Assembly (NCBI GenBank): GCA_021847575.1
Contig: JAJZQO010000003.1
Coordinates: 14,411-78,410 of the forward strand
Direction: 5' to 3'
Length of the DNA: 64,000 nt
Origin: Bacillota bacterium
Lineage (GTDB): Bacteria; Bacillota; Sulfobacillia; JAJZYS01; JAJYTV01
Shown: in pieces, positions 8,754 through 18,409 of the stretch
How positions within the stretch are numbered: position 1 is the first letter of the stretch
How the letters are laid out: each line of letters opens with the position of its first letter
The notes under the pieces: model-generated
The model's database searches: none
Told to the model about the DNA's origin: nothing
What the model saw: the letters and a program-made list of their open reading frames with translations, nothing else
Made by a program: the position numbers and the translations under genes

Positions 8754-9463
8754 GCCGTGGCGAGTTCGTTTACGAGGGCAAGGCCAAGCGCATCTACCGT
8801 ACCGATGAGGCGGGCGTGTTCTGGATGGAGTTCAAGGACGACGCGACGGCGATGAACGGACTCAAGCGCGGCACGATCGGCGACAAGGGCGTCGTGAACG
8901 CGGAGGTGACGCGCCGTGTCTTCCAGCACCTCGAGGCGAACGGCGTGCCGACGCACCTGCGGGGGCAGGTGGGCGAGCGCGACCTTTTGGTGGACGGGCT
9001 CGAGATGCTGAAGCTCGAGGTCGTGATGCGCAACATCGCGGCGGGCTCGCTCGTGAAGCGCCTGGGCCTCGAGGAGGGGCGGGCGTTTAGGGAGCCGATT
9101 TGCGAACTGTACCTGAAAGACGACGACCTGGGCGACCCCCTGATCAATGACGACCATGCCCTGGCGCTCGGACTCGCCAGCCAGGCGGAGATCGATCAGG
9201 TGAAGGCTCTCGGGCGGCGCGTGAACGCCCTCTTGCAAGGGTACTTCGCGGCTGCCGACCTGGTCCTCGTCGACTTCAAGCTCGAGTTCGGCCGCCGCGC
9301 CGGCGAGATCGTGCTCGGCGACGAAGTGACGCCCGACACCTGCCGGCTCTGGGACCGCGAGACGCGCCGGAAGCTGGACAAGGACCGCTTCCGCCAGGAC
9401 CTCGGCGGTGTCGAGGAGGCCTACCAGGAAGTCCTGCGCCGACTGGTGGCCGCGCATGCCTGA
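8750..9463 (+). CDS. purC: SAICAR synthetase
   Basis: 237 aa with YEGKAKRIY and LVDFKLEFG. ATGA overlap with purB. Confidence 0.95.
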   Translation: MSRGEFVYEGKAKRIYRTDEAGVFWMEFKDDATAMNGLKRGTIGDKGVVNAEVTRRVFQHLEANGVPTHLRGQVGERDLLVDGLEMLKLEVVMRNIAAGSLVKRLGLEEGRAFREPICELYLKDDDLGDPLINDDHALALGLASQAEIDQVKALGRRVNALLQGYFAAADLVLVDFKLEFGRRAGEIVLGDEVTPDTCRLWDRETRRKLDKDRFRQDLGGVEEAYQEVLRRLVAAHA

Positions 9464-9707
9464 GTTCCACGCGCAGCTCAGGGTCCGGCTGAGGCCAGGC
9501 GTTCTCGATCCGGCAGGTCAGGCCGTCGCCCACTCCCTGAAGGATCTCGGTTTTGCGGCGCGCGAGGTGGCCGTCGGCAAGCTGCTCGAACTGACCCTGC
9601 CCGCACCGACGGCCGAGGCGGCGGAGGCGGAGGTGCGCAGGATGGCGGCCGAGCTGCTTGTCAATCCGGTGCTCGAGGACTTTGAACTCGAAATCTCGGC
9701 CCGATGA
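9456..9707 (+). CDS. purS: FGAM synthase PurS subunit
   Basis: 83 aa. The segment VRLRPGVLDPAGQAVAHSLKDLGF and the NPVLEDFELEI tail are typical of PurS. Overlaps the purC end by 8 nt. Confidence 0.9.
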   Translation: MPEFHAQLRVRLRPGVLDPAGQAVAHSLKDLGFAAREVAVGKLLELTLPAPTAEAAEAEVRRMAAELLVNPVLEDFELEISAR

Positions 9708-10411
9708 GAGCCGACATTCTCGTGTTCCCCGGATCCAATTGCGACATCGATACGGAGATCGCGCTCAAGAGCGCCCTGCCGGGGTGGCGCGTCGAGCGCC
9801 AGTGGCACGACGGCGCCGACCTTTCCGGGACGCAGTTCTGCGTCCTGCCCGGCGGGTTCGCCTACGGCGACTACCTCAGGGCCGGCGCGCTCGCCGCCAG
9901 GTCTCCGGCCATCGCCGAACTCCGGGCGCTCATCGGGCGTGGCGGTCTCGTGCTCGGCATCTGCAACGGCTTCCAGGTGCTGGTTGAGGCCGGTATCCTG
10001 CCGGGCGCGTTCCAGGCCAACACCGTGCAGCACTTCGTCTGCCGCGATGTCCACCTGCGCGTGGAGTCCAGGGGCTCGCCCTTCCTCGAGGCATTCCGGG
10101 AGGGGCAGGTGCTGCGCCTGCCGATTGCGCACCAGGAGGGCAACTACCGGCTGAGCGAAGACGAATACCGGCGCCTGCGGGATGAGGGGCGCATCGCTTT
10201 CACCTATTGCGGTCCGAACGGCGAGATCGGCGACGAGCGCAATCCGAACGGGTCGTATGCCGGTGTCGCCGGCGTTCTGGCGGAAGGCGGGCGCGTCCTG
10301 GGCATGATGCCGCATCCCGAGCGCGCTGCGTGGCCGGCCATCGGCAGGGCGGACGGCCTCGGCATCCTGGCTGCCTCTTTCGGCTCCGTCCTCGAGGGAG
10401 GGAAGCTCTGA
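9704..10411 (+). CDS. purQ: FGAM synthase glutaminase subunit
   Basis: 235 aa with LVFPGSNCD, the GICNGFQ nucleophile elbow and MMPHPER. Confidence 0.95.
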   Translation: MRADILVFPGSNCDIDTEIALKSALPGWRVERQWHDGADLSGTQFCVLPGGFAYGDYLRAGALAARSPAIAELRALIGRGGLVLGICNGFQVLVEAGILPGAFQANTVQHFVCRDVHLRVESRGSPFLEAFREGQVLRLPIAHQEGNYRLSEDEYRRLRDEGRIAFTYCGPNGEIGDERNPNGSYAGVAGVLAEGGRVLGMMPHPERAAWPAIGRADGLGILAASFGSVLEGGKL

Positions 10412-12555
10412 TGCCGAGCGACGTGGAGGTTGAGGGCCTGACGCCCGCCGAGGTGCGGGAGGCTCGCCGGCGTGCCGGACGGGATCTCACCGCGCTCGAA
10501 TGGGCGATCCTCGCCGTGCAGTGGTCCGAGCATTGCGCCTACAAGCATTCGAAGGCGCTTCTCCGCACGTTGCCCAAGGAAGGGGCGGCCGTGCTCGCGG
10601 GACCCGGCGCGAGCGCCGGCGTGCTGGACCTGGGAGAGGGCTGGGCCTGCGCCGCCAAGATCGAGTCGCACAACCATCCGTCCGCGGTCGAGCCTTTGCA
10701 GGGCGCCGCCACGGGCCTCGGTGGCATCATGCGCGATGTGCTGGCGATGGGGGCGCGTCCGGCCGCCTTTCTCGACGCCCTGCGCTTCGGTCCGCCGGAC
10801 GATTCCCGCAGTGCCTTCCTGGCGCGCGGCATCGTTGCCGGCGTCGGCCACTACGGCAACTGTGTGGGCGTCCCGACGGTGGGCGGTGACGTCTACTATC
10901 ATCCGAGCTATCAGCGCAACCCGCTTGTGAACGCCATGTGCGTCGGCTTTTTGCGCCATGGCGAGATGCGCAGCGCGGCCGCGTCGGGCGAGGGCAGCGT
11001 CTTCCTGCTGCTTGGCGCGTCGACGGGGCGCGACGGCATCGGCGGCGCGGCTTTTGCGTCCGTGGAACTGCAGGCTGACGCCGCGCAGGACCGGCCGCGC
11101 GTGCAGGTCGGCGACCCGTTTTTCGGCAAGCTCCTGATCGAGGCGACGCTCGAGATCCTGCGCGATCTGGACGTCATCGCGATCCAGGACCTCGGCGCCG
11201 GCGGACTCGCGGGCGCGGCGATCGAGATGTGTGCGCAGGGCGGGGTCGGCGCCGAGATCGAGCTTGCGGACGTGGTGCTGCGCTCGCAGGATCTCCGGCC
11301 GCACGAGATCCTGCTTTCGGAGAGCCAGGAGCGCATGCTGCTCTGTCTGCGGCCGGAAGACGCGCAACCCGCTCGGGAGGTGGCCCGCCGCTACGGCATC
11401 GAGGCGGCGGTCGTGGGCCTCATCACCCGGCGCGCGACCATGCGCTTCCTCTACAAAGGCGAATGTCTTTCGGAACTCCCGACCGCGATCTACGCCGATG
11501 CGCCAGAGGCCGAGCTGCCCGAGGGCCACTGGCCTGTCGAGGCTGCGGGCGACCCTGGCGCCTGTGCGGTGCGGCGCGATGATCTCCCCGCGCTTCTCCA
11601 TCTGCCTGACCTGTGCGACCGCATGCCGATCTACGCCACCTTCGACCAGGATGTCGGGCTGCGCACCGTCGTCCGGCCGGGCCTCGACGCGGCGGTGCTG
11701 CGCGCGGCCCCCGGCGCGCCGGGCGTTGCCGTCTCGACCGACCAGAATCCCCGGCTTTGCCAGATCTCGCCGCGGCTCGGCGCGGAGCACGCGGTGGCCG
11801 AGTCGGTGCGGAACGTGCTGGCGCGGGGCGCCCGGCCGATCGGCCTGACGAACTGCCTCAATCTGCAAAGCCCCGAGCAGCCCCTCGGTGCGGCGGCCCT
11901 GCGCGCGGTGGTGGCGGGCATCGGCCACGCCGCGCGCGAACTGGGGATTCCCGTGACCGGCGGGAACGTCAGCCTGTACAACGAGGCGGACGGAGTGGCG
12001 ATCGTGCCGACACCGGTGATCGGCATGATCGGGGCCGTCCCGGACCCGGAAGGGGCGATCGGCGTCCTGGCGCCCGAAGCTGGGCTTTCGCTGCTCCTGC
12101 TCGGCGACTTCGCCGAGAACCTTGCCGGCAGCGTCTATGCGGAATTCAAAGGCCTCAGGGTGGCGGCGCCCCCGCCGCCGGATTACGCCGGACTGCGGCG
12201 CCTTGGCACCTTCGTCACCACGGCCGAGGTGGTGGAGGCGCTCGCCCTGCTGCACGACGTGGCCGACGGTGGCCTCCTCGTGGCGCTCGCGGAGATCGCG
12301 CTCACGACTGGCCTTGGCCTCGACCTCCAGTTGCCGCAGGGCGACGCAGCCGCCCTCTTCGGCGAACCGAGCGCCCAGTTCATCGCGGTGGCGCGGGATG
12401 CGGATGTCGTCGCAAGCCGCGCCGCCGCTCTTGGTATCGCATGCCTGCCCATCGGCCGGACGACGTCGGACGGTCAGTTCGCGCTCCGGGCGCCGCAAGG
12501 CGATCTGGCCTACAGTCTCGGCGAACTCCAACGCGCGTGGAGGCGGGAAGCATGA
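10411..12555 (+). CDS. purL: FGAM synthase large subunit
   Basis: Contains WSEHCAYKHSK, ESHNHPS and GGIMRDV. Its ATG overlaps the purQ TGA. The upstream part of track ORF 10207.. is an out-of-frame artefact of purQ. Confidence 0.95.
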   Translation: MPSDVEVEGLTPAEVREARRRAGRDLTALEWAILAVQWSEHCAYKHSKALLRTLPKEGAAVLAGPGASAGVLDLGEGWACAAKIESHNHPSAVEPLQGAATGLGGIMRDVLAMGARPAAFLDALRFGPPDDSRSAFLARGIVAGVGHYGNCVGVPTVGGDVYYHPSYQRNPLVNAMCVGFLRHGEMRSAAASGEGSVFLLLGASTGRDGIGGAAFASVELQADAAQDRPRVQVGDPFFGKLLIEATLEILRDLDVIAIQDLGAGGLAGAAIEMCAQGGVGAEIELADVVLRSQDLRPHEILLSESQERMLLCLRPEDAQPAREVARRYGIEAAVVGLITRRATMRFLYKGECLSELPTAIYADAPEAELPEGHWPVEAAGDPGACAVRRDDLPALLHLPDLCDRMPIYATFDQDVGLRTVVRPGLDAAVLRAAPGAPGVAVSTDQNPRLCQISPRLGAEHAVAESVRNVLARGARPIGLTNCLNLQSPEQPLGAAALRAVVAGIGHAARELGIPVTGGNVSLYNEADGVAIVPTPVIGMIGAVPDPEGAIGVLAPEAGLSLLLLGDFAENLAGSVYAEFKGLRVAAPPPPDYAGLRRLGTFVTTAEVVEALALLHDVADGGLLVALAEIALTTGLGLDLQLPQGDAAALFGEPSAQFIAVARDADVVASRAAALGIACLPIGRTTSDGQFALRAPQGDLAYSLGELQRAWRREA

Positions 12556-13943
12556 GCGGCGAACTGCACGAGGCCTGCGGCGTCTTCGGCATCGTCGGGC
12601 GCACGGATGCCGCAGCGCTGACCGCGGAAGCGCTTTTTTCCCTGCAGCACCGCGGCCAGGAGAGCGCGGGCATCGCCGTGCTGGACAACGGCGCCATCCA
12701 TCTGCGCAAGGGCATGGGCCTTGTGCACGAGGTGTTCCACGCCGACGACGTGAACCGGCTGGGCGGCCTCGCCGCCATCGGCCACGTCCGCTATTCCACG
12801 ACCGGCGCGTCGCGGCCCGAGAACGCACAGCCGCTCTTCGTGCGGGCGCACCTCGGCCCCTTCGCTCTGGCCCACAACGGCAACCTGGTGGACGCTCTGG
12901 CGGCCCGCGACCGGCTTGAGCGCCAGGGGGCGATCTTTCAGACCACGACCGATACCGAGGTGGTGGCGCACCTGATGGCCAGGTCGCATGCGACAAACCT
13001 GGCCGGGGCCTTCCAGGACGCCCTCGGCCAACTGAGCGGCGGCTACGCCTTTGCGGTGCTCACCCCGGATGGCGTGCTTGGTGCGCGCGACCCCTTCGGC
13101 ATCCGTCCGCTCGTGCTGGGAGACCTCGGGGGTATGCCGTGCATCGCTTCGGAGACGTGCGCGTTCACAGCCATCGGGGCCGACTTCGTGCGGGAGGTTG
13201 AACCGGGCGAGGTCCTCCTGCTCGCTGCAAAGTCCGGCGTCACTGTCCTCGCGGGCGGCGATCCCAGCCGGGACAAGCTCTGCGCGTTCGAATTGATCTA
13301 CTTTGCCCGCCCGGACTCCCGCTTCGGCGGGGAGTCGATCTATCAGGCGAGGAGGCGGCTCGGCCAGCAGCTCGCGCGGGAGGCGCCCGCGCCGGCCGAT
13401 GTCGTTCTGGGCGTCCCGGACTCCAGCCTGCCGGCCGCGGAGGGCTTCGCCGCCGAGCTGTCGCTGCCGCAGGAACTCGGCCTCGTCAAGAGCCGTTACG
13501 TCGGGCGCACCTTCATCAATCCAGGCCAGTCGAACCGGGAGAGCGGCGTCCAGCGCAAGCTGACCGTGGTCCCCGAGGTGGTGCACGGACGGAGCGTCGC
13601 GCTGATCGACGATTCGCTCGTGCGCGGCACGACGATGCGGCACCTGACGCGCCTCCTGCGCGAGGCAGGCGCGACGGAGGTCCACGTTCGCATCGCTTCG
13701 CCGCGCTATCTGCACCCGTGCCACTACGGCATCGACACATCGAACCGCGACGAGCTGATCGCGGGCGTCACGCGGGAGGACGAGCTGCGGCAGCTGATCG
13801 GAGCCGACAGTCTCAAGTTCCTCTCGGCGCAGGGCGTGCTCCGCGCGACGGGACGCCCGGACCATTGCCTCGCCTGCTTCACGGGCGAGTATCCCGTGCC
13901 CGTGGATGAAGAGGAAGCGGGGGGAGCCACGCGAGATGAGTGA
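12552..13943 (+). CDS. purF: amidophosphoribosyltransferase
   Basis: Begins MSGELHEACGVFGIVG, with the N-terminal Cys nucleophile, and contains the PRTase motif VALIDDSLVRGTT. Overlaps the purL stop. Confidence 0.95.
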   Translation: MSGELHEACGVFGIVGRTDAAALTAEALFSLQHRGQESAGIAVLDNGAIHLRKGMGLVHEVFHADDVNRLGGLAAIGHVRYSTTGASRPENAQPLFVRAHLGPFALAHNGNLVDALAARDRLERQGAIFQTTTDTEVVAHLMARSHATNLAGAFQDALGQLSGGYAFAVLTPDGVLGARDPFGIRPLVLGDLGGMPCIASETCAFTAIGADFVREVEPGEVLLLAAKSGVTVLAGGDPSRDKLCAFELIYFARPDSRFGGESIYQARRRLGQQLAREAPAPADVVLGVPDSSLPAAEGFAAELSLPQELGLVKSRYVGRTFINPGQSNRESGVQRKLTVVPEVVHGRSVALIDDSLVRGTTMRHLTRLLREAGATEVHVRIASPRYLHPCHYGIDTSNRDELIAGVTREDELRQLIGADSLKFLSAQGVLRATGRPDHCLACFTGEYPVPVDEEEAGGATRDE

Positions 13944-14946
13944 GGCGTACCGACGGTCCGGGGTCGACCTCAGGGCCAAGGAGCAGCTGCTTGGCAGGCT
14001 GAAGGCGATCGGTGTCACGGCGTCCCGGCCTGAGGTGCTGGCCGGCATCGGCGGGTTCGGCGGCCTGTTCCGGCTGCAGGGCTACAAGGATCCGGTGCTG
14101 GTGGCGGGCGCGGACGGTGTCGGCACGAAGCTGATGCTGGCGCAGAGCCTGGGCGACCTGACGAAGGTCGGTCAGGATGTTTTGGCGATGGTCGCGAACG
14201 ACGTGCTCTGCCAGGGCGCCGAGATGCTTTTCTTCCTCGATTACATAGGTGTCGGCCACCTCGACCCCGCGCAGGTGGCGGAGGTGGTGGCGGGCGTCGG
14301 CAGGGCGTGCAGGGCCATCGGCTGCGCCTTGCTCGGCGGTGAGACCGCGGAGCTGCCTGAGCTCTTTCCCGCCGGCGGACTCGACCTCGTCGGCTTCGGT
14401 GTCGGCGCCGCAGAGCGCGACCGGGTGCTGACGGGGGAGGCGGCAAGGGCGGGCGACATCCTGATCGGCCTGCCGTCCGACGGTGTGCACAGCAACGGTT
14501 TCAGCCTCGTGCGGCGCATCGTGCAGGAGCGCTCCCTCGACCTCACCGCCGCCTATGACCTTGAGGCGCCGCTCGGCGAAGTGCTCTTGCGGCCGACCCA
14601 TCTCTACGGTCCCGAGGTTCTGCCTGCCCTCGAACTGGGCGGTGTGCACGGTATCAGCCACATCACGGGCGGCGGCATTCCCGGCAATGTGCCGCGCATG
14701 CTCGGTCAGGGCCTGATGGCTCGCTTCGACCGGAGCACCTGGCAAGTGCCGCCAGAGCTCGAGCTGATCCTCAGGCAGGGGGACGTGCCCCGCGGGGAGG
14801 CGTTCGAGGTTTTCAACATGGGCCTGGGTCTTGTGCTCGCCGTGGATCCCGCCGAGGCCCAGCGCGTGCTTGATGATGTCGCGGCAGCCGGCGGCCGGCC
14901 GCGGGTGGTTGGAGAGGTGGCCCCGGGGGAGGGTGTCGACCTTTGA
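13936..14946 (+). CDS. purM: AIR synthetase
   Basis: Contains YRRSGVDL, GIGGFGGLF, DGVGTKL and GGETAE. The start was chosen at ATG 13936, which overlaps the purF end. Confidence 0.95.
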   Translation: MSEAYRRSGVDLRAKEQLLGRLKAIGVTASRPEVLAGIGGFGGLFRLQGYKDPVLVAGADGVGTKLMLAQSLGDLTKVGQDVLAMVANDVLCQGAEMLFFLDYIGVGHLDPAQVAEVVAGVGRACRAIGCALLGGETAELPELFPAGGLDLVGFGVGAAERDRVLTGEAARAGDILIGLPSDGVHSNGFSLVRRIVQERSLDLTAAYDLEAPLGEVLLRPTHLYGPEVLPALELGGVHGISHITGGGIPGNVPRMLGQGLMARFDRSTWQVPPELELILRQGDVPRGEAFEVFNMGLGLVLAVDPAEAQRVLDDVAAAGGRPRVVGEVAPGEGVDL

Positions 14947-15545
14947 TGCGTCTCGCAGTGCTGGCCTCCGGTCAGGGCACGAACCTCATGGCGCTTGCCG
15001 CCGCCATCGCGTCCGGCGAGGTGCCGGCCGAGATCGCGATCGTGGGAGGCGATCGGGAGGCTCCGGCGCTTGCGTGGGCGCGGGAGCGCGGCATCGCGAC
15101 CTTCTTCGCGCCGGCCCGCGAAATCGGCATGGCCCAGTGGGAGCGGCGCCTTCTCGCGACCATGACGGACGCGGGCGTCGACGCGGTTGTGCTGGCGGGC
15201 TTCATGCGTGTGCTGTCCGGTGCGTTTGTCGCGCTGTTTCCCGAGCGCATCCTCAACGTCCACCCATCGCTGCTCCCTGCGTTCCCGGGCCTGGATGCGA
15301 TCGGCCAGGCCTTGGCCCATGGTGTCCGCGTCACGGGGGTCACCGTTCACTTCGTCGACCAGGGTCTCGACGAGGGACCGATTATCCTGCAGGAGGCCCT
15401 GCCGGTCCGGACTGGCGAGGGGAGGGACGAACTGGAGGCGCGCGTCCATGCGGTGGAGCATCGCCTGCTGCCTGAGGCGGTGCGCCTGCTGAGCCTCGGC
15501 AGGCTGCAGGTTCGGGGCCGCATCGTGGACATCATGGAGGGATGA
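14946..15545 (+). CDS. purN: GAR formyltransferase
   Basis: Contains LASGQGTNL, NVHPSLLPAFPG and HFVDQGLDEGPII. Confidence 0.9.
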   Translation: MRLAVLASGQGTNLMALAAAIASGEVPAEIAIVGGDREAPALAWARERGIATFFAPAREIGMAQWERRLLATMTDAGVDAVVLAGFMRVLSGAFVALFPERILNVHPSLLPAFPGLDAIGQALAHGVRVTGVTVHFVDQGLDEGPIILQEALPVRTGEGRDELEARVHAVEHRLLPEAVRLLSLGRLQVRGRIVDIMEG

Positions 15546-15548
15546 GAG

Positions 15549-17036
15549 ATGCCGACTGCGCTCCTTAGCGTCCGGGACAAGGCGGGACTCGTCGAATTCG
15601 GCAAGGCACTCGTCGCACGCGGCTTCGACCTGCTCGCGAGCGGTGGCACCGCGGCGGCCCTGCGCTCAGGGGGCCTTGCCGTGCAGGAAGTGGCCGACTA
15701 CACGGGGTCGCCCGAGATCCTGGGCGGGCGGGTCAAGACACTGCACCCCTCGGTGCACGGCGGCATCCTCAGCCGCCAGAGCCCGCAGGACAGGCAGGAC
15801 CTCGGCAGGATCGGTGCGCGCCCGATCGACGTGGTGGCCGTCTCGCTCTACCCCTTTGTCGAGACGGTGGCGTCGGGCGCCGAGCGCATGCAGGTCATCG
15901 AGGAGATCGACATTGGCGGCGTCGCATTGCTGCGTGCGGCGGCGAAGAACCACGACCGCGTTTGGGTGGTGCCGGGGCCGGCGTACTACGCCGAGGCCCT
16001 CGCGGGACTCGACCAGGGCGACCCCGAGGCGAGACGTCGTCTCGCGGCGGCGGCTTTCCGCGAGACGGCCAGATATGACGCCGCGATCGCGGAGTATCTC
16101 ACGGGCGGGGACTGGCCAGCGTTTCCCGTGTCAGGTGCCGTCTTCTCGCACGCTCTGCGCTATGGCGAGAATCCGCACCAGGTCGCTGCGCTCTATAGGT
16201 CCCCAGGGCCGGGTGTCGCCGCGGCAGAGGTGGTCCAGGGCAAGGAGCTGTCCTACAACAATCTCCTCGACGCGGACGGTGCCTGGCGGCTGGCCCTCGA
16301 CCTGCCTGCACTGTCCGCCTGCGTCATCAAGCATCAGACTCCGTCCGGCGCCGCCCGCCTGCCGGTCCTCATGGACTCGCTGCGCGCGGCGGTGGGCGCG
16401 GACGATGAGGCGGCCTTCGGTGGGGTGATCGCGCTACGGGGGCAGATCGACCGGGAGATCGCCGAGTACGTCACCTCACGTTTCTTCGAGGTGGTGGTCG
16501 CGGAGGGTGTGACCGCGGAAGCGCGCGAGATCCTCTCTCGCAAGCCGAACCTGCGCGTACTGGCCCTTCCCGCCGAAAAGCGGCAGGGTTTCGACGTCAG
16601 GGCGATCGGCGGTGGCCTTGTCGTGCAGTCGACAGACGCGGAACTCGTCCCCCCGGGCGGCTGGCGGCACGTGGCGGGTCCAGCCGCGGCGGACTTCGAG
16701 GATCTCGAGTTCGCGTTCACGGTGGTCAAGCATGCGCGCTCGAACGCGATCGTCATCACGAAGGACGGCGTGACACTCGGCATCGGTGGCGGGCAGGTGA
16801 GCCGCGTGCGCGCCGCGCAGGCAGCCTTCGCCCAGGCCGGCGCCCTGGCGAGGGGTGCCGCGCTGGCCTCCGACGCCTTCTTCCCGTTTGGAGACGTACT
16901 GCAGCTCTGCGCCGACCACGGCATCGCCGCCGTGGTCGAGCCGGGCGGGTCCGTGCGCGACGAGGAGTCCAAGGATGTGGCGCAGGCGAGCGGCATCGCG
17001 CTCTACTTCACTGGCGAACGCCACTTCCGCCACTGA
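15549..17036 (+). CDS. purH: bifunctional AICAR transformylase / IMP cyclohydrolase
   Basis: Contains ALLSVRDKAGLVEFGK, GGRVKTLHP and YGENPHQ. Ends with the tail GERHFRH. Confidence 0.95.
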   Translation: MPTALLSVRDKAGLVEFGKALVARGFDLLASGGTAAALRSGGLAVQEVADYTGSPEILGGRVKTLHPSVHGGILSRQSPQDRQDLGRIGARPIDVVAVSLYPFVETVASGAERMQVIEEIDIGGVALLRAAAKNHDRVWVVPGPAYYAEALAGLDQGDPEARRRLAAAAFRETARYDAAIAEYLTGGDWPAFPVSGAVFSHALRYGENPHQVAALYRSPGPGVAAAEVVQGKELSYNNLLDADGAWRLALDLPALSACVIKHQTPSGAARLPVLMDSLRAAVGADDEAAFGGVIALRGQIDREIAEYVTSRFFEVVVAEGVTAEAREILSRKPNLRVLALPAEKRQGFDVRAIGGGLVVQSTDAELVPPGGWRHVAGPAAADFEDLEFAFTVVKHARSNAIVITKDGVTLGIGGGQVSRVRAAQAAFAQAGALARGAALASDAFFPFGDVLQLCADHGIAAVVEPGGSVRDEESKDVAQASGIALYFTGERHFRH

Positions 17037-18256
17037 TGCGCGTACTGGTGCTCGGCAAGGGTGGCCGTGAACACGCCCTGTGTTGGTCCATCGCAGCGGG
17101 CGGCGCGGAGGTGTTCGCGCTGCCCGGCAGCGACGGCATCGCGAGCATCGCGACCTGCGTTCCCGGCGACCCGGGTGACGCCAGCACCGTCTTCGCGGCG
17201 GTCCGCGGGCTCAAGATCGATCTCGTGGTACCAGGACCCGAGGAACCACTCGTCAGCGGCATTGCGGAGGATCTCAGGGCGCAGGGTGTGCAGGTGTTCG
17301 GCCCGGATCGCCAAGGCGCTCAGATCGAGGCGAGCAAGGCGTACGCCAAGACCTTGATGCGCGCAGCCGGCATCCCGACCGCCGCCGCGTCGCTCTGCCA
17401 GGACTTCGGTGCCGTCGAGCAGACATTGGCAGTCCACCCGGATCGCACTGTGGTCAAGGCCGACGGACTGGCCGCCGGCAAGGGTGTGATCGTCGCGGAC
17501 GATGTTGCCGGGGCGCGTCGCGCCGCGAGGCGGCTCTTGCAGCAGCACGCGAGCGTGCTGCTTGAGGAGCGGGTGCGCGGACCCGAAGTATCGCTGATCG
17601 CACTCTGCCACGGACGGGACTACCGTCTTCTTCCGTTCGCGCGCGACCACAAGCGCCTCCATAGCGGCGATCTCGGACCGAACACGGGAGGCATGGGTGC
17701 GTTTTCGCCCGTCACGGACACCGGAGTCGGGGCGGAGGAGTGCGCCGAGCGGACCATTGCGCCGCTTCTGGCGTTGTTGGCCGACAGGGGTGCGCCGTAC
17801 ACCGGAGCGCTCTACGCCGGCCTGATCCTCACCGCGCAGGGACCCGTGGTGCTCGAGTACAACGTGCGGTTTGGCGACCCCGAGACGCAGGCCCTTCTCC
17901 CCGCGATTTCGGGCTCCATTCTGCCCTGGCTGGCGGGAGCGGCCGAAGGCCACCTGCCGGAGCAGTCGCCACAGGCGGTCAGGCACGCGCTCGGCGTCGT
18001 GCTGGCCGCGGCCGGCTATCCCGAGGCGCCCGAGACCGGCGCGGTCATCCGCGGGCTCGACGCGGCAATGGCGAGTGGGGCCCTCGTGTTCCACGCCGGC
18101 ACGCGCAGAGTGTCGGGAGGATGGCAGGTCGCGGGTGGGCGCGTGCTCACCGTTGTGGGGCAAGGCCAAAGCCCTGGCGCGGCGCGCGATCTAGCGTATC
18201 GCGCTGCTGCCAAGATCGAGTTTGCCGGCAGGCAATTGCGCGACGACATAGGCTGA
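17036..18256 (+). CDS. purD: GAR synthetase
   Basis: Begins MRVLVLGKGGREHAL and contains an ATP-grasp core, GPNTGGMGA, and EYNVRFGDPE. Confidence 0.95.
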   Translation: MRVLVLGKGGREHALCWSIAAGGAEVFALPGSDGIASIATCVPGDPGDASTVFAAVRGLKIDLVVPGPEEPLVSGIAEDLRAQGVQVFGPDRQGAQIEASKAYAKTLMRAAGIPTAAASLCQDFGAVEQTLAVHPDRTVVKADGLAAGKGVIVADDVAGARRAARRLLQQHASVLLEERVRGPEVSLIALCHGRDYRLLPFARDHKRLHSGDLGPNTGGMGAFSPVTDTGVGAEECAERTIAPLLALLADRGAPYTGALYAGLILTAQGPVVLEYNVRFGDPETQALLPAISGSILPWLAGAAEGHLPEQSPQAVRHALGVVLAAAGYPEAPETGAVIRGLDAAMASGALVFHAGTRRVSGGWQVAGGRVLTVVGQGQSPGAARDLAYRAAAKIEFAGRQLRDDIG

Positions 18257-18409
18257 CAGCTGCCGAGTGATGCCGCCGTGCCGCTCCGGGCCTTCGCCTG
18301 GACTGCGGCGCGGCGGCTTTCGTTCGCGCAGCGCAGGCGATGGGCCGATGTCTCAGCAGGGCAAGTGGGCATTCTAGTCGTGAACGCTAGCAGGGCAGGT
18401 GGTGGCATC

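Noticed and set aside
10204-12996. 930-aa minus-strand ORF antisense to purL/purF. Similar long ORFs occur at 58251..61034 (-), 45191..47419 (-), 34512..36104 (+), 31702..33693 (+) and 20647..21975 (-).
   Set aside because: Their translations are Arg/Pro/Gly/Ala-rich low-complexity strings with no family motifs. They lie antisense to, or out of frame with, genes that have clear homology. Long stop-free frames like these are expected at this GC content.
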